64,000 nt of DNA from Nanobdellota archaeon (lineage in GTDB: Archaea > Nanobdellota > Nanobdellia > Pacearchaeales > GW2011-AR1): NCBI GenBank assembly GCA_022561055.1, contig JADFRY010000002.1, positions 54,064 to 118,063 of the forward strand, given 5' to 3'. Below, in pieces: positions 18,428 to 27,038 of the stretch; position 1 is the stretch's first letter, and each line of letters begins with the position of its first letter. Position numbers and translations under genes: made by a program. Under the pieces are notes generated by a model. That model had not been told where the DNA came from. It was given only the letters and a program-made list of their open reading frames with translations, and did not search any database.

Positions 18428-19071
18428 CGTTGGGCATCTATCAGGGAAGTTAGCATGACTCTCAATCCTCTTTCATATCCTGGTGTGGAGCTTGGAGCTG
18501 GCATAATTAATGGAACACCTTCACTCGGGTCTGAATCCAATATTTCTTCTAATGGCATGAACTTTATTTCTGATATCTCTTCAGTTTGGTATTTCATATC
18601 TTCAGCTTTCCTAGATTCAAAAAGCAAATAAAATTGCTGCAATTGTCTTTCGGGTGGACGCAAGCTGCCTTCCTCTCTCTTAAATTCTACGAAGACACTT
18701 CTTTCTAGATCATCTAAGTCATCCTGACAAATCTTTGTATAGAATTCTTCTTCGTAACATCTTCGTGCAGTCTCTCTTGAATTTTCTCCGTATTGCTGAT
18801 GTTCTGATGGAATTGACCATTTACCCGGATAAAAGCCAACATTATCACTTCTTTTCACAACTAAGAGTTTTAGATTTTCTTTAAGCACTCTTTTATCCTG
18901 AATCCCTTTTGGCTCATAAACTACTATTAAGCACGAAACAGGATGCCAAAGACCCTCTCGATGAACTATTCTTCTTGAAGCACTTCCGCAAATCACTCCA
19001 CTTCCTCTATCTATAAAAGGAAGTATTTCATCTTTAGTTTTAGTTTTAGTATATTGTGTTGCTACAACCAT
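18424..19071 (-). CDS. Nudix/IDI-like hydrolase fold protein (degenerate Nudix box)
   Basis: GLWHPVSCLIVV...LLVVKRSDNVGFYPGKWS...GENSRETARRCYEEEF follows the Nudix-fold pattern. Confidence 0.45.
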   Translation of the reverse strand: MVVATQYTKTKTKDEILPFIDRGSGVICGSASRRIVHREGLWHPVSCLIVVYEPKGIQDKRVLKENLKLLVVKRSDNVGFYPGKWSIPSEHQQYGENSRETARRCYEEEFYTKICQDDLDDLERSVFVEFKREEGSLRPPERQLQQFYLLFESRKAEDMKYQTEEISEIKFMPLEEILDSDPSEGVPLIMPAPSSTPGYERGLRVMLTSLIDAQR

Positions 19072-19151
19072 AAAAAAATAGACAACTTTACCTTTAAATA
19101 ATTAACTATCTTAGAATAACAAATTCGTAAGATTATAAAAGCTCTTCAAGA

Positions 19152-19164
19152 AACTTTAAATAAT
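19152..19164 (+). promoter_or_regulatory. TATA box (aactttaaataat)
   Basis: The 8-mer centre lies 25.5 nt upstream of ATG 19184. This supports ATG 19184 over the TTG at 19169. Confidence 0.5.
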
Positions 19165-19183
19165 TGGCTTGAATATATTAACC

Positions 19184-20845
19184 ATGAGAGATTTTTCAAA
19201 AGAGGTTATGGCTTATTCATTGCAAAACGCGATTGATTTTGGTAAAGCTAATCCTGAGAAAATTTTGCCTAAGTTGTTTCAGCACGAGTTAGAGAAAAAG
19301 GATATAGGAAAAGTTATGCCTTTGGTAAAAGAGACTGTGAAGAAAGTTAATTCAATGAGTGTGAAGGAAAGAGTTACGGCTTTTTCTAAATTAAAAAAAT
19401 TAGTTAAAAAACGAGAAGAGCAAGAAAGAGATTTGGTTGAGCTTCCTGGGAGTGCGATGAAGAGAAAATTGATTTTCAGACTTGCGCCGTTTCCGTCAGG
19501 AGCTTTACATATTGGCAATGCAAAAACTTACATTTTGAATGCTTTATATGCCGAAAGGTATAAGGGAGATTTGCTTCTTGTTATGGATGATACTATAGGA
19601 AGTGCTGAAAAACCTTTGATTGAAGAGGGCTATCAATTAATTGAGGAAGATCTTGAGTTGGTTGGCATTAAATACAAAAAACCAATTATTTACAAGTCAG
19701 ACCGATTAAAGATTTATTATAAATATGCTAAAGACTTAATTGAAAAAAATAAGGCATATGTTTGTTATTGTTCTCAAGAAGAGCTAAGGGAAAACAGGGA
19801 GAAGGGAGTTGAATGCAGTTGCAGGCAGTTTCCCGTTAAGATTCAATTATTAAGATGGAAAGAGATGTTTAAAGCGAAAGAAGGGCATGCAACTCTTAGG
19901 ATTAAAACAAGCATGTTTCATCCTAATCCTGCGTTCAGGGACAGGGTTTTGTTTAAAATTTCAGAGAGAGAACATCCAAGAGTTGAAAAAAAATACAGAG
20001 TTTGGCCTTCTCTGGAAATGAGCTGGGCTATCGACGACCATTTGCTAGGTATTACGCATATTATTAGAGGAAATGACTTAATGATTGAAACTGAGATGGA
20101 AAAATACATCTGGGATATTTTTCATTGGAAAGGCGCGGAAACAATTCATACTGGTTTGATTAGAATTGAGAAGACTGGCGCTAAAATTTCTAAAGCAAAA
20201 TCGCAGAAAGAAGTTTTATCCGGAGAATTTTTGGGATGGGATGACCCTAGAACATGGAGCATCCGAAGTTTGATAAGAAGAGGAATAACAAAAGAGGCTA
20301 TTAGAGAGTTTGTTAAAGAGATCGGCCTAAACAAACAAGACATTACTGTTCCTATTGAAACTCTTTATGCGATTAACAGAGGAATCATAGATTATACTTC
20401 TGAAAGATATTCTTTTATTGAAAATCCTAAAAAGATAGAGATTGAGAAAAATCCTGGGATAAAGGAGCCTTTTGTGCCGATTCATCCTGATAAACCAAAA
20501 AAGACAAGAAAAGTTAAATTGACAAATAATATTTTTATTTCGGGAAAAGATTTTGAGAAGTATAAAGGTAAAGAAATTAGACTCTTGTACTTGTTTAATT
20601 TGAGGTTGGGCGAAAAATCAAAGTTTACTTCGCTGAAAAATAAGAAAATTCCGAAATTAAATTGGGTGTCTGTGGATGTGCCTGCAAGAATCCTGATGCC
20701 TAATGGCGATTGGATTTCAGGAATTGCCGAAGAGGGAATAAATAAGTTATATATTGGGCAAATAATACAGTTTGAGAGATTTGGCTTTTGTAGGTATGAT
20801 GGAAAAAGAAAAAATATCTATGAATTCTGGTTTGCTCATAAGTAA
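19184..20845 (+). CDS. gltX: glutamyl-tRNA synthetase (archaeal type)
   Basis: RLAPFPSGALHIGNAKTYILNALYAE (HIGH region), class Ic layout, about 550 aa. Confidence 0.85.
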   Translation: MRDFSKEVMAYSLQNAIDFGKANPEKILPKLFQHELEKKDIGKVMPLVKETVKKVNSMSVKERVTAFSKLKKLVKKREEQERDLVELPGSAMKRKLIFRLAPFPSGALHIGNAKTYILNALYAERYKGDLLLVMDDTIGSAEKPLIEEGYQLIEEDLELVGIKYKKPIIYKSDRLKIYYKYAKDLIEKNKAYVCYCSQEELRENREKGVECSCRQFPVKIQLLRWKEMFKAKEGHATLRIKTSMFHPNPAFRDRVLFKISEREHPRVEKKYRVWPSLEMSWAIDDHLLGITHIIRGNDLMIETEMEKYIWDIFHWKGAETIHTGLIRIEKTGAKISKAKSQKEVLSGEFLGWDDPRTWSIRSLIRRGITKEAIREFVKEIGLNKQDITVPIETLYAINRGIIDYTSERYSFIENPKKIEIEKNPGIKEPFVPIHPDKPKKTRKVKLTNNIFISGKDFEKYKGKEIRLLYLFNLRLGEKSKFTSLKNKKIPKLNWVSVDVPARILMPNGDWISGIAEEGINKLYIGQIIQFERFGFCRYDGKRKNIYEFWFAHK

Positions 20846-20883
20846 TTCGGAAACTTTATATACTAAATTCAATTTAATAGAGC

Positions 20884-21348
20884 ATGAACTTAAAGAAAAG
20901 AGGTATTAGTACAGTCGTTGCTAATGTTCTAATTATACTCTTAGTCCTTGCCGCAGTCGCAATTATCTGGGCTTTTATCAGGCCTGTTATCACAAGCACT
21001 AGTGAACAAATCAGTGCTGATTGCCTGACAATTGACTTGGAGATTGAGAGCTGTCAGGTTTCTGGGACTTGTACAGGTGGTGAATCAAATTGTTATGACA
21101 TTCGAGTAAAAAGAAATGCTGGTAAAGGAGATTTGCGAGAATTAAGATTTATTTTTGAATTAACTGACGAAAGTTCTAGAGTAGTACCGAATCCATCTTC
21201 TTTAGGTGAATTAGAATCACTTACTTACACCCTCCTTTATGGAGGAGGAATAATAGCCGCCACTTCTGTTGACGTTGCTGCTGTTATTAAGGGAGAAATT
21301 GTTTGTAATCCAATAAAGGCTATTGTGTCTTGTGGCCCTGGTGGCTAA
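20884..21348 (+). CDS. archaeal type IV pilin-like protein (class III signal peptide)
   Basis: MNLKKRGISTVVANVLIILLVLAAVAIIWAF is the KRG/ISxV prepilin-peptidase-type N-terminus plus hydrophobic helix. Confidence 0.6.
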   Translation: MNLKKRGISTVVANVLIILLVLAAVAIIWAFIRPVITSTSEQISADCLTIDLEIESCQVSGTCTGGESNCYDIRVKRNAGKGDLRELRFIFELTDESSRVVPNPSSLGELESLTYTLLYGGGIIAATSVDVAAVIKGEIVCNPIKAIVSCGPGG

Positions 21349-21409
21349 TAATTACATTTTTCCTTGAGAAAGACTTATAAAATAATTTCAATTGATGTAT
21401 TTGTTTAAA

Positions 21410-21964
21410 ATGAGTTGGATAGAAGTTGAGTCAAAGATTAGAGTTCATGATGTGAATCAAGCTAGAAAGAGAATTAGGGAGATTGCGAAGTTTGTTAAAA
21501 TAGAAAATAAAGTCGATGATTATTACTCTTTAAAGCACGACGTATATCCTAAAAGGAGTTTGAGAATCAGGAGAAAGGGAAAAAAAGTTGAAGTTAATTT
21601 TAAGCAATGGCTTTCTTATGTTAATGGTGTGCATGCTAAAAGGGAGGTGGAATTTGAAGTTTCTGATTTAAAAGGTTTTTTTGATTTGCTCGATGATTTT
21701 GGATTTAAAAAATGGCTTAGTAAAGAAAAGAGAACAGAGCTTTATAAGACGAGGGACGGCACTAAGATTGAATTGAATCATGTTAAAGGACTCGGATGGT
21801 TTATAGAGATTGAGATTTTATGTCAGCCAAAAAATATTGCGAGCGCGAGAAAAAGAATTATGAATATTCGCAGGAAGTTAGCATTGCCAAGAAAAGATAT
21901 TCCAAGGAAAGATATTAAGAAGATAGGATATACGAAGGATTTATGGAATTTGCGGAAGAGGTGA
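21410..21964 (+). CDS. CYTH-domain protein (CyaB-like class IV adenylyl cyclase / triphosphatase)
   Basis: It starts WIEVESKIRV (ExExK motif). Size and charged beta-strand pattern fit CYTH. The start could also be 21392/21395. Confidence 0.6.
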   Translation: MSWIEVESKIRVHDVNQARKRIREIAKFVKIENKVDDYYSLKHDVYPKRSLRIRRKGKKVEVNFKQWLSYVNGVHAKREVEFEVSDLKGFFDLLDDFGFKKWLSKEKRTELYKTRDGTKIELNHVKGLGWFIEIEILCQPKNIASARKRIMNIRRKLALPRKDIPRKDIKKIGYTKDLWNLRKR

Positions 21965-21970
21965 AATTAA

Positions 21971-22408
21971 TTAGAGCTTCATTAGTTCAAATGCCTGGAG
22001 AGCTATATGCTTAACGTCCGACGGGATTGAATCGTCATGCAAATCTGACTTTGAAACCCATTTAGAGCCTCTTAGTTCGTCATTAATTTTAAGTTGCGCT
22101 GGATTTAATGCTTTGCAGATGTAAAAAAATGAGCAGTGGTCGTGGTCGCCGACTGAATGAACATTAACGTAAAAAGGTGTGGAAAGATTCTTTTTTGTAT
22201 TGCCTTCTAAAGGAATTTTAGATTTATTTAAGATTTCTATATCTAAATTAGTTTCTTCTTTTATTTCTCTTGCAAGGGCTTCATCTGGAGTTTCGTCTTT
22301 TTCTATGTGCCCACCGACTGGAAGCCATTTGTTTAATTTATTATGATGAATCAGAAGCAATTTGTCTTTATCAAATATGTAGCCTGTAACTACCAGATCT
22401 GTTTTCAT
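21971..22408 (-). CDS. Nudix hydrolase
   Basis: GGHIEKDETPDEALAREIKEETNL is the canonical Nudix box GX5EX7REUXEEXGU. Confidence 0.8.
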   Translation of the reverse strand: MKTDLVVTGYIFDKDKLLLIHHNKLNKWLPVGGHIEKDETPDEALAREIKEETNLDIEILNKSKIPLEGNTKKNLSTPFYVNVHSVGDHDHCSFFYICKALNPAQLKINDELRGSKWVSKSDLHDDSIPSDVKHIALQAFELMKL

Positions 22409-22429
22409 ATTAGTTTATTCTTTTTTCTA

Positions 22430-23047
22430 TTATTCTTCCTCTTTTTTTTCTAACTCTACTTCTTCTTTCTTTAAAGCTTCCTTCATTTTGTCAAGTTGTT
22501 CAAGCTCTTTCTCTATATCCTCTTTTGTTGGTTTTTTTGGCTGCATTGTTGCGCTGGGGAATTTTTTCATGTAATCCAGGACAGAGGCTTTTTCCATCTT
22601 GAGGACTGTTTGTGATTCATCATCAACATGCGCTTTTAAAACTCCCATACCTGAAAGTATGCAATTGAGAATCCAAATTTTCTTGCCTTCGATTGTCTGA
22701 ATTACTGCCACTATTTTTCTGATTTCTTCTGTTATGTTTCTGTTTTTCATTTCGTCATCAAGAATTCCTTTCAATGCGTCAAGGTCAATTTTTGTTTTCA
22801 TTTCAAGTTTTTCCGGGACCTTTTCATTTACAGTGTCAAGAAGTTGAACAACTACTTTATCATCGAGAGTGAATGCGGCAACTTTCTTTTCTGATGGAAC
22901 ATAATAGTCAATTTGGTGGATGTTTTGCCCTGTCTCAAAATCCAAGACAAAGAATCCTGCTACAAGAAAAGCATCTTTGTATTTTTGTTGAAATTCTTTA
23001 TAAGTTTTAGATGCACTTAATTTTTCTACATATGGTTGTATTTTCAT
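22430..23047 (-). CDS. hypothetical protein with K/E-rich C-terminal tail
   Basis: 205-aa ORF. No family recognised. Confidence 0.4.
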   Translation of the reverse strand: MKIQPYVEKLSASKTYKEFQQKYKDAFLVAGFFVLDFETGQNIHQIDYYVPSEKKVAAFTLDDKVVVQLLDTVNEKVPEKLEMKTKIDLDALKGILDDEMKNRNITEEIRKIVAVIQTIEGKKIWILNCILSGMGVLKAHVDDESQTVLKMEKASVLDYMKKFPSATMQPKKPTKEDIEKELEQLDKMKEALKKEEVELEKKEEE

Positions 23048-23084
23048 TTTATTAAGAGATATATTGATTTAAGTTTATAAAGAT

Positions 23085-23699
23085 TTATATTCGCGAATAT
23101 TTATTATTATCTATGATATGTCTATCTGGTAAGGAAAAGAAAGAAATAGAAGATTTTTTTAGCTTGCTACTTATTATCTGAATAATTTCTGGGAATTTCA
23201 GTTTATTAACATCACTTCCAAAATGCCCTTCATCATCATATTCATAATACTCTGCATCTAATTTATCCCTAATATATCTCGCTTCTTTTATTGGTATATA
23301 AGGGTCATCGGTTGAAGCAAAAATAACTATCCAGTCTGAATTCTCTTTTATCTTGTTCCATTGCCATTCGGTATCAAAATATCCACTTTCCTTCTCCTTC
23401 TCATCTCCAAGATGGGTGTAATAAGAACCAACAAGAATAGCCCCCTTAATTTTATGTGTTTCTAAATATCTTAAAATTGCCACTGTTCCAGAAGAGTGCC
23501 CTACTAAAATTGCTTCTTCATCTCTCCCCAATTTCTTTTCAATAAAAGACAGCCAATATTCTTTTCTCGCTAAATCTGGATCAGGCATATTTTCTGCTAT
23601 TACATTTATTCCTATTTTTTCTAATTCTTCTTTTACATAGGGAAACCAATTCTCTGAAATATCTGTGTTACCGTTTCCCGGGATAATCATGGCTTTCAT
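23085..23699 (-). CDS. alpha/beta serine hydrolase (YdeN/RBBP9-like)
   Basis: MIIPGNGNT... and LVGHSSGTVA (GxSxG nucleophile elbow). About 200 aa. Confidence 0.65.
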   Translation of the reverse strand: MKAMIIPGNGNTDISENWFPYVKEELEKIGINVIAENMPDPDLARKEYWLSFIEKKLGRDEEAILVGHSSGTVAILRYLETHKIKGAILVGSYYTHLGDEKEKESGYFDTEWQWNKIKENSDWIVIFASTDDPYIPIKEARYIRDKLDAEYYEYDDEGHFGSDVNKLKFPEIIQIISSKLKKSSISFFSLPDRHIIDNNKYSRI

Positions 23700-23721
23700 A
23701 AAAAAACAAATAAATATATCT

Positions 23722-25443
23722 TTAAATATTCTTATATGGTTCCTGCAATTCTTTTTTTAAATTATCTATAAAGAACTGTCTTTTGACGCCGAACTTTGGT
23801 TTTTTTCCGCCGGGCCTTACAGCAAGTGTTTTGGAGCGTTCTTCTCTGTCTCCGATAACGATTATGTAATTTACTTTCATTAATTCTGCATCTCTTACTC
23901 TCGATTGCACAGTGTCTGAGCGGAAGTCAATATCTGCCCTTATCTCTGGAATTTCTTTTTTCAATTCGTTAAAGAATTTTTCACAAGCTTTTTCATTTTT
24001 TTCTGTGAAGTTAATAATGCGGACTTGTCTTGGGGAAAGCCATAAAGGAAGAGCTCCGTTTAAGTGTTCTAATAAAACACCAATAAATCTTTCTAACGAA
24101 CCGAATATTGCTCTATGAATGACTAATGGTGTTTTTTCTTTGTTGTCTTTATCAATATAAGTTATTTCAAACCTTTTTGGCATTTGCATATCTAATTGTA
24201 TTGTAGCACATTGCCAGGTTCTTCCTAAAGAATCTTTAATATGCAAGTCAATTTTTGGACCATAAAACGCACCCTCTCCTTTGATAATTTTATATTTTAC
24301 TTTAGATTTTTTTAATGCTTCTTTTAATACTTTTTCTGAATAATCCCAATCCTCTTTAAGGCCCATAAATTTTTCTGGGCGAGTCGATAATTCTAAAGAA
24401 TAAGAAAAATTAAAAGTGTCTTTGTAAACTATTTTTATTATTTTTAGTAGGTCTGCTATCTCTTTGCTTAGCTGCTCTTTAGTACAAAATATGTGAGCAT
24501 CATCTTGTGTCATTTTTATTACTCTAAATAAGCCTGCCAAAACTCCTGAAAGTTCATGTCGATGCACAATACCCATTTCAGCAAGTCTTAAAGGCAGATC
24601 CTTATAGCTTTTTGGAGTTGTTTTATACACTAACATAGCTCCAGGACAATTCATTGGCTTGACACCAAAGTCTCTTTTTTCATATTCTGTTATAAACATA
24701 TTTTCTCGAAAATGTTCCCAATGGCCTGAAACTTTCCACAATTTATTATCTAGTAGAAAGGGCGTTGATATTTCTTGATAGTCAAATTTTCTCAATAATT
24801 TTCTCATAAATTCTATCAATTGATTGTAAATGAATAAGCCAGAGTCGTGCCAAAAAACAGAGCCAGAAGAGACTTCATTAAAGCTAAATAAATCTAATCT
24901 TTGCCCTAAAATTCTGTGGTCGTTTTCTCTTAATTTTGAAGTGTCAAGTTTTGTCTTTGAAATTTCTCTGAGCAATTGTTTTATGTCGTAGTCTTCTTCT
25001 AGCACTTCTCCTGAAACTATCTTGGATTGGGGTCTGAATTCTTTTGATAATTCTGAAAGAGGATGTCCTTTGACTTTCAATTCTAAAGATTTGTAATAAC
25101 CGAAGGGAGCTCTTATCACTCTGAATTTCTTTGACAAAAGTTTTTCAGCTTTTTTTAAATATTCTAAAGCTAATATAGGAGTCGCTAGATTTGATGATAA
25201 ATGTGCGTAAGGGTAAAGCACTATTTTTTTTGCTTTTACTTCTTTTGCTGTTTTCTCAACTGCAGAAATAAGTTGTTTTAGAGTTTCTTTGTTATCTCCT
25301 TGCTCAATTGCTGTTAAAACAACGAGAGCTTCTTTTACTTCTACTTCTTTTTGATTTTTATTTGAGAGCTCTTCAGCATCTTTTAGGGCTTTTTTTAGTG
25401 GTTTAAAGCGAATGTAGTCGCAATGGAGTGTTATGATTCTCAT
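23722..25443 (-). CDS. thrS: threonyl-tRNA synthetase (archaeal type with N-terminal archaeal editing-like domain)
   Basis: Class II core motifs (FRHELSG-like HRHELSGVLAGLFRV, GAFYGPKID, TIQLD) plus a C-terminal anticodon-binding domain. Confidence 0.9.
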   Translation of the reverse strand: MRIITLHCDYIRFKPLKKALKDAEELSNKNQKEVEVKEALVVLTAIEQGDNKETLKQLISAVEKTAKEVKAKKIVLYPYAHLSSNLATPILALEYLKKAEKLLSKKFRVIRAPFGYYKSLELKVKGHPLSELSKEFRPQSKIVSGEVLEEDYDIKQLLREISKTKLDTSKLRENDHRILGQRLDLFSFNEVSSGSVFWHDSGLFIYNQLIEFMRKLLRKFDYQEISTPFLLDNKLWKVSGHWEHFRENMFITEYEKRDFGVKPMNCPGAMLVYKTTPKSYKDLPLRLAEMGIVHRHELSGVLAGLFRVIKMTQDDAHIFCTKEQLSKEIADLLKIIKIVYKDTFNFSYSLELSTRPEKFMGLKEDWDYSEKVLKEALKKSKVKYKIIKGEGAFYGPKIDLHIKDSLGRTWQCATIQLDMQMPKRFEITYIDKDNKEKTPLVIHRAIFGSLERFIGVLLEHLNGALPLWLSPRQVRIINFTEKNEKACEKFFNELKKEIPEIRADIDFRSDTVQSRVRDAELMKVNYIIVIGDREERSKTLAVRPGGKKPKFGVKRQFFIDNLKKELQEPYKNI

Positions 25444-25461
25444 ACATGAAGTATGAGAAGA

Positions 25462-25499
25462 GGATATTTAAAATTGTTGTTGGAAAGCTTTAAAAAGGG
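25462..25499. promoter_or_regulatory. back-to-back divergent TATA boxes (thrS on minus strand, SLT gene on plus strand)
   Basis: tatttaaa (25465..25472) lies 25.5 nt from the thrS ATG at 25443. ctttaaaaag (25488..25497) lies about 28 nt before ATG 25521. Confidence 0.5.
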
Positions 25500-25520
25500 T
25501 TTTTTCTCTTGGCAGATACA

Positions 25521-26132
25521 ATGAAAAGAAAAAATATGAGAAATTTGGCTATTATTGTTGCAAGCTTGGGAATATTGGCATACTGTACAATTCCTAATTT
25601 GCTTAGCAGTGTGAGAAATGCAAGGCAAGATACTCAAGGAAGATTAGAGACTGTTGTTGAAAAATCCAAATCTAGTGTTTTACCTACACCACGACTAACT
25701 AATGAAAATTATCAAAAAATCCAAGATATAATATCTCCAGAATATATTGATAATATCATACAAATAGAGTCTTCTGGAAGAGCAGATGCCGTAAGTTATG
25801 CTGGTGCAAGAGGACTCATGCAGTTAATGCCTGAAACCTGGGCAGAAGAAACAAGAAGGCTTTATGGAAGGGAATTGGATTTTGATTTAGCATTTGATCC
25901 TAAAATAAGTAAAGAAGTAGGAACTGCATATTTGAAAAGAATTGAAAAATATTTATCAGGGAGAATAGATGGATGGGAAAGTATGGATATTAAACAAAAA
26001 CAAGAACTGATGGCTGCTGCCTATAACGGTGGCATGGGAAGATTAGTTAGAAATAGAGGTGATATCTTAAAGATGCCTGAAGAAACTAGAAATTATATAA
26101 ATAAGCTGAAAACATTAAGAAATAAAAACTAA
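25521..26132 (+). CDS. membrane-anchored/secreted lytic transglycosylase (SLT domain)
   Basis: IQIESSGRADAVSYAGARGLMQLMPETW is the SLT catalytic Glu-Ser motif plus GLMQ block. N-terminal hydrophobic anchor NLAIIVASLGILAYC. Confidence 0.75.
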   Translation: MKRKNMRNLAIIVASLGILAYCTIPNLLSSVRNARQDTQGRLETVVEKSKSSVLPTPRLTNENYQKIQDIISPEYIDNIIQIESSGRADAVSYAGARGLMQLMPETWAEETRRLYGRELDFDLAFDPKISKEVGTAYLKRIEKYLSGRIDGWESMDIKQKQELMAAAYNGGMGRLVRNRGDILKMPEETRNYINKLKTLRNKN

Positions 26133-26262
26133 TCACTAGATAAATTATTTAAACACGATTATTGTCGTGTATGTATGTGGGTTATGAAATTAAGGATTCC
26201 TTGCTTCATTTAACTCTCCAATGCTAAATTAAAAAATCGCATAACACGCTGATTAAACGAAA

Positions 26263-26299
26263 TTGCTGAAAATATTTTCTTCTAAAAAATGTGCTAACG
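26263..26299. repeat. left arm of inverted repeat flanking the GNAT gene
   Basis: ttgctgaaaat[11 nt]aaaatgtgctaacg is the reverse complement of 26766..26791 (cgttagcacatttt a attttcagcaa). Confidence 0.6.
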
Positions 26300-26333
26300 A
26301 TAACTTAATAAAACTTCTTCACAATATAATTTT

Positions 26334-26771
26334 ATGAGATTTAGAAAAGCAAAAAAAGAGGATATTTCTAAGATGTTTGAGATTTTAAAAATCAATAGTC
26401 CAAAATATCCAAAGAAATTAGCTTTTCAAGAATTGAATGAAATGTTTTCTAAATCTCTTCTTAAGCCTACTTATATTGTTGCAGAAGATAAAAAAGAAAT
26501 TTTCGCATTTGGAGGATTTATTTCTTCGTGGATAGATAATCTGGTTTTCAATATCTTTTGGGTCAATACAAATCCAAAATATGAAAGCCAAGGAATTGGC
26601 TCCAAACTAATGAAGGATTTGATTGATAGGATAAAGAAAACAAAAAACATTAAAGCAAAAATGATTCTTATCTCCACGAATAAACCTACTTTTTATAAAA
26701 AATTTGGGTTCAAAAAAGTAGCCTCCAAATATGATAGAGATTATATTTTAATGTCTCTAAATTTGCGTTAG
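26334..26771 (+). CDS. GNAT-family N-acetyltransferase
   Basis: VNTNPKYESQGIGSKLMKDL is the acetyl-CoA binding motif A (Q/RxxGxG/A). 145 aa. Confidence 0.75.
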   Translation: MRFRKAKKEDISKMFEILKINSPKYPKKLAFQELNEMFSKSLLKPTYIVAEDKKEIFAFGGFISSWIDNLVFNIFWVNTNPKYESQGIGSKLMKDLIDRIKKTKNIKAKMILISTNKPTFYKKFGFKKVASKYDRDYILMSLNLR

Positions 26772-26791
26772 CACATTTTAATTTTCAGCAA
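26766..26791. repeat. right arm of inverted repeat flanking the GNAT gene
   Basis: It overlaps the GNAT stop codon and is complementary to 26263..26273 plus 26286..26299. Confidence 0.6.
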
Positions 26792-27038
26792 CTACACTAA
26801 GAAATCGGTCGTGGGCAAATTTCAACTCATGAGGTCTCAATATTTGAAGTTGCTCCTCTAGTGCCCCGCTGCGCTTTCGCTCACAATATCCCTTGTTCGC
26901 TCATGTCGTTGAACACAGATTTAAAGGTTCGCTCCTGCCGTCGCTCCCCAAAATTCTTTCACCAGCTCTGAAAATTTTTCTTTACACTAAATTAAAATTT
27001 TCGAGGGCTCAAGAACTTCTTTAAATCAAATGATAAAA

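Noticed and set aside
21890-21925. Short direct repeat aagatattccaag/gaaagatatt (PRKDIPRKDIKK) at the CYTH gene 3' end
   Set aside because: It is a trivial in-frame 15-nt duplication within a coding tail, with no further structure.
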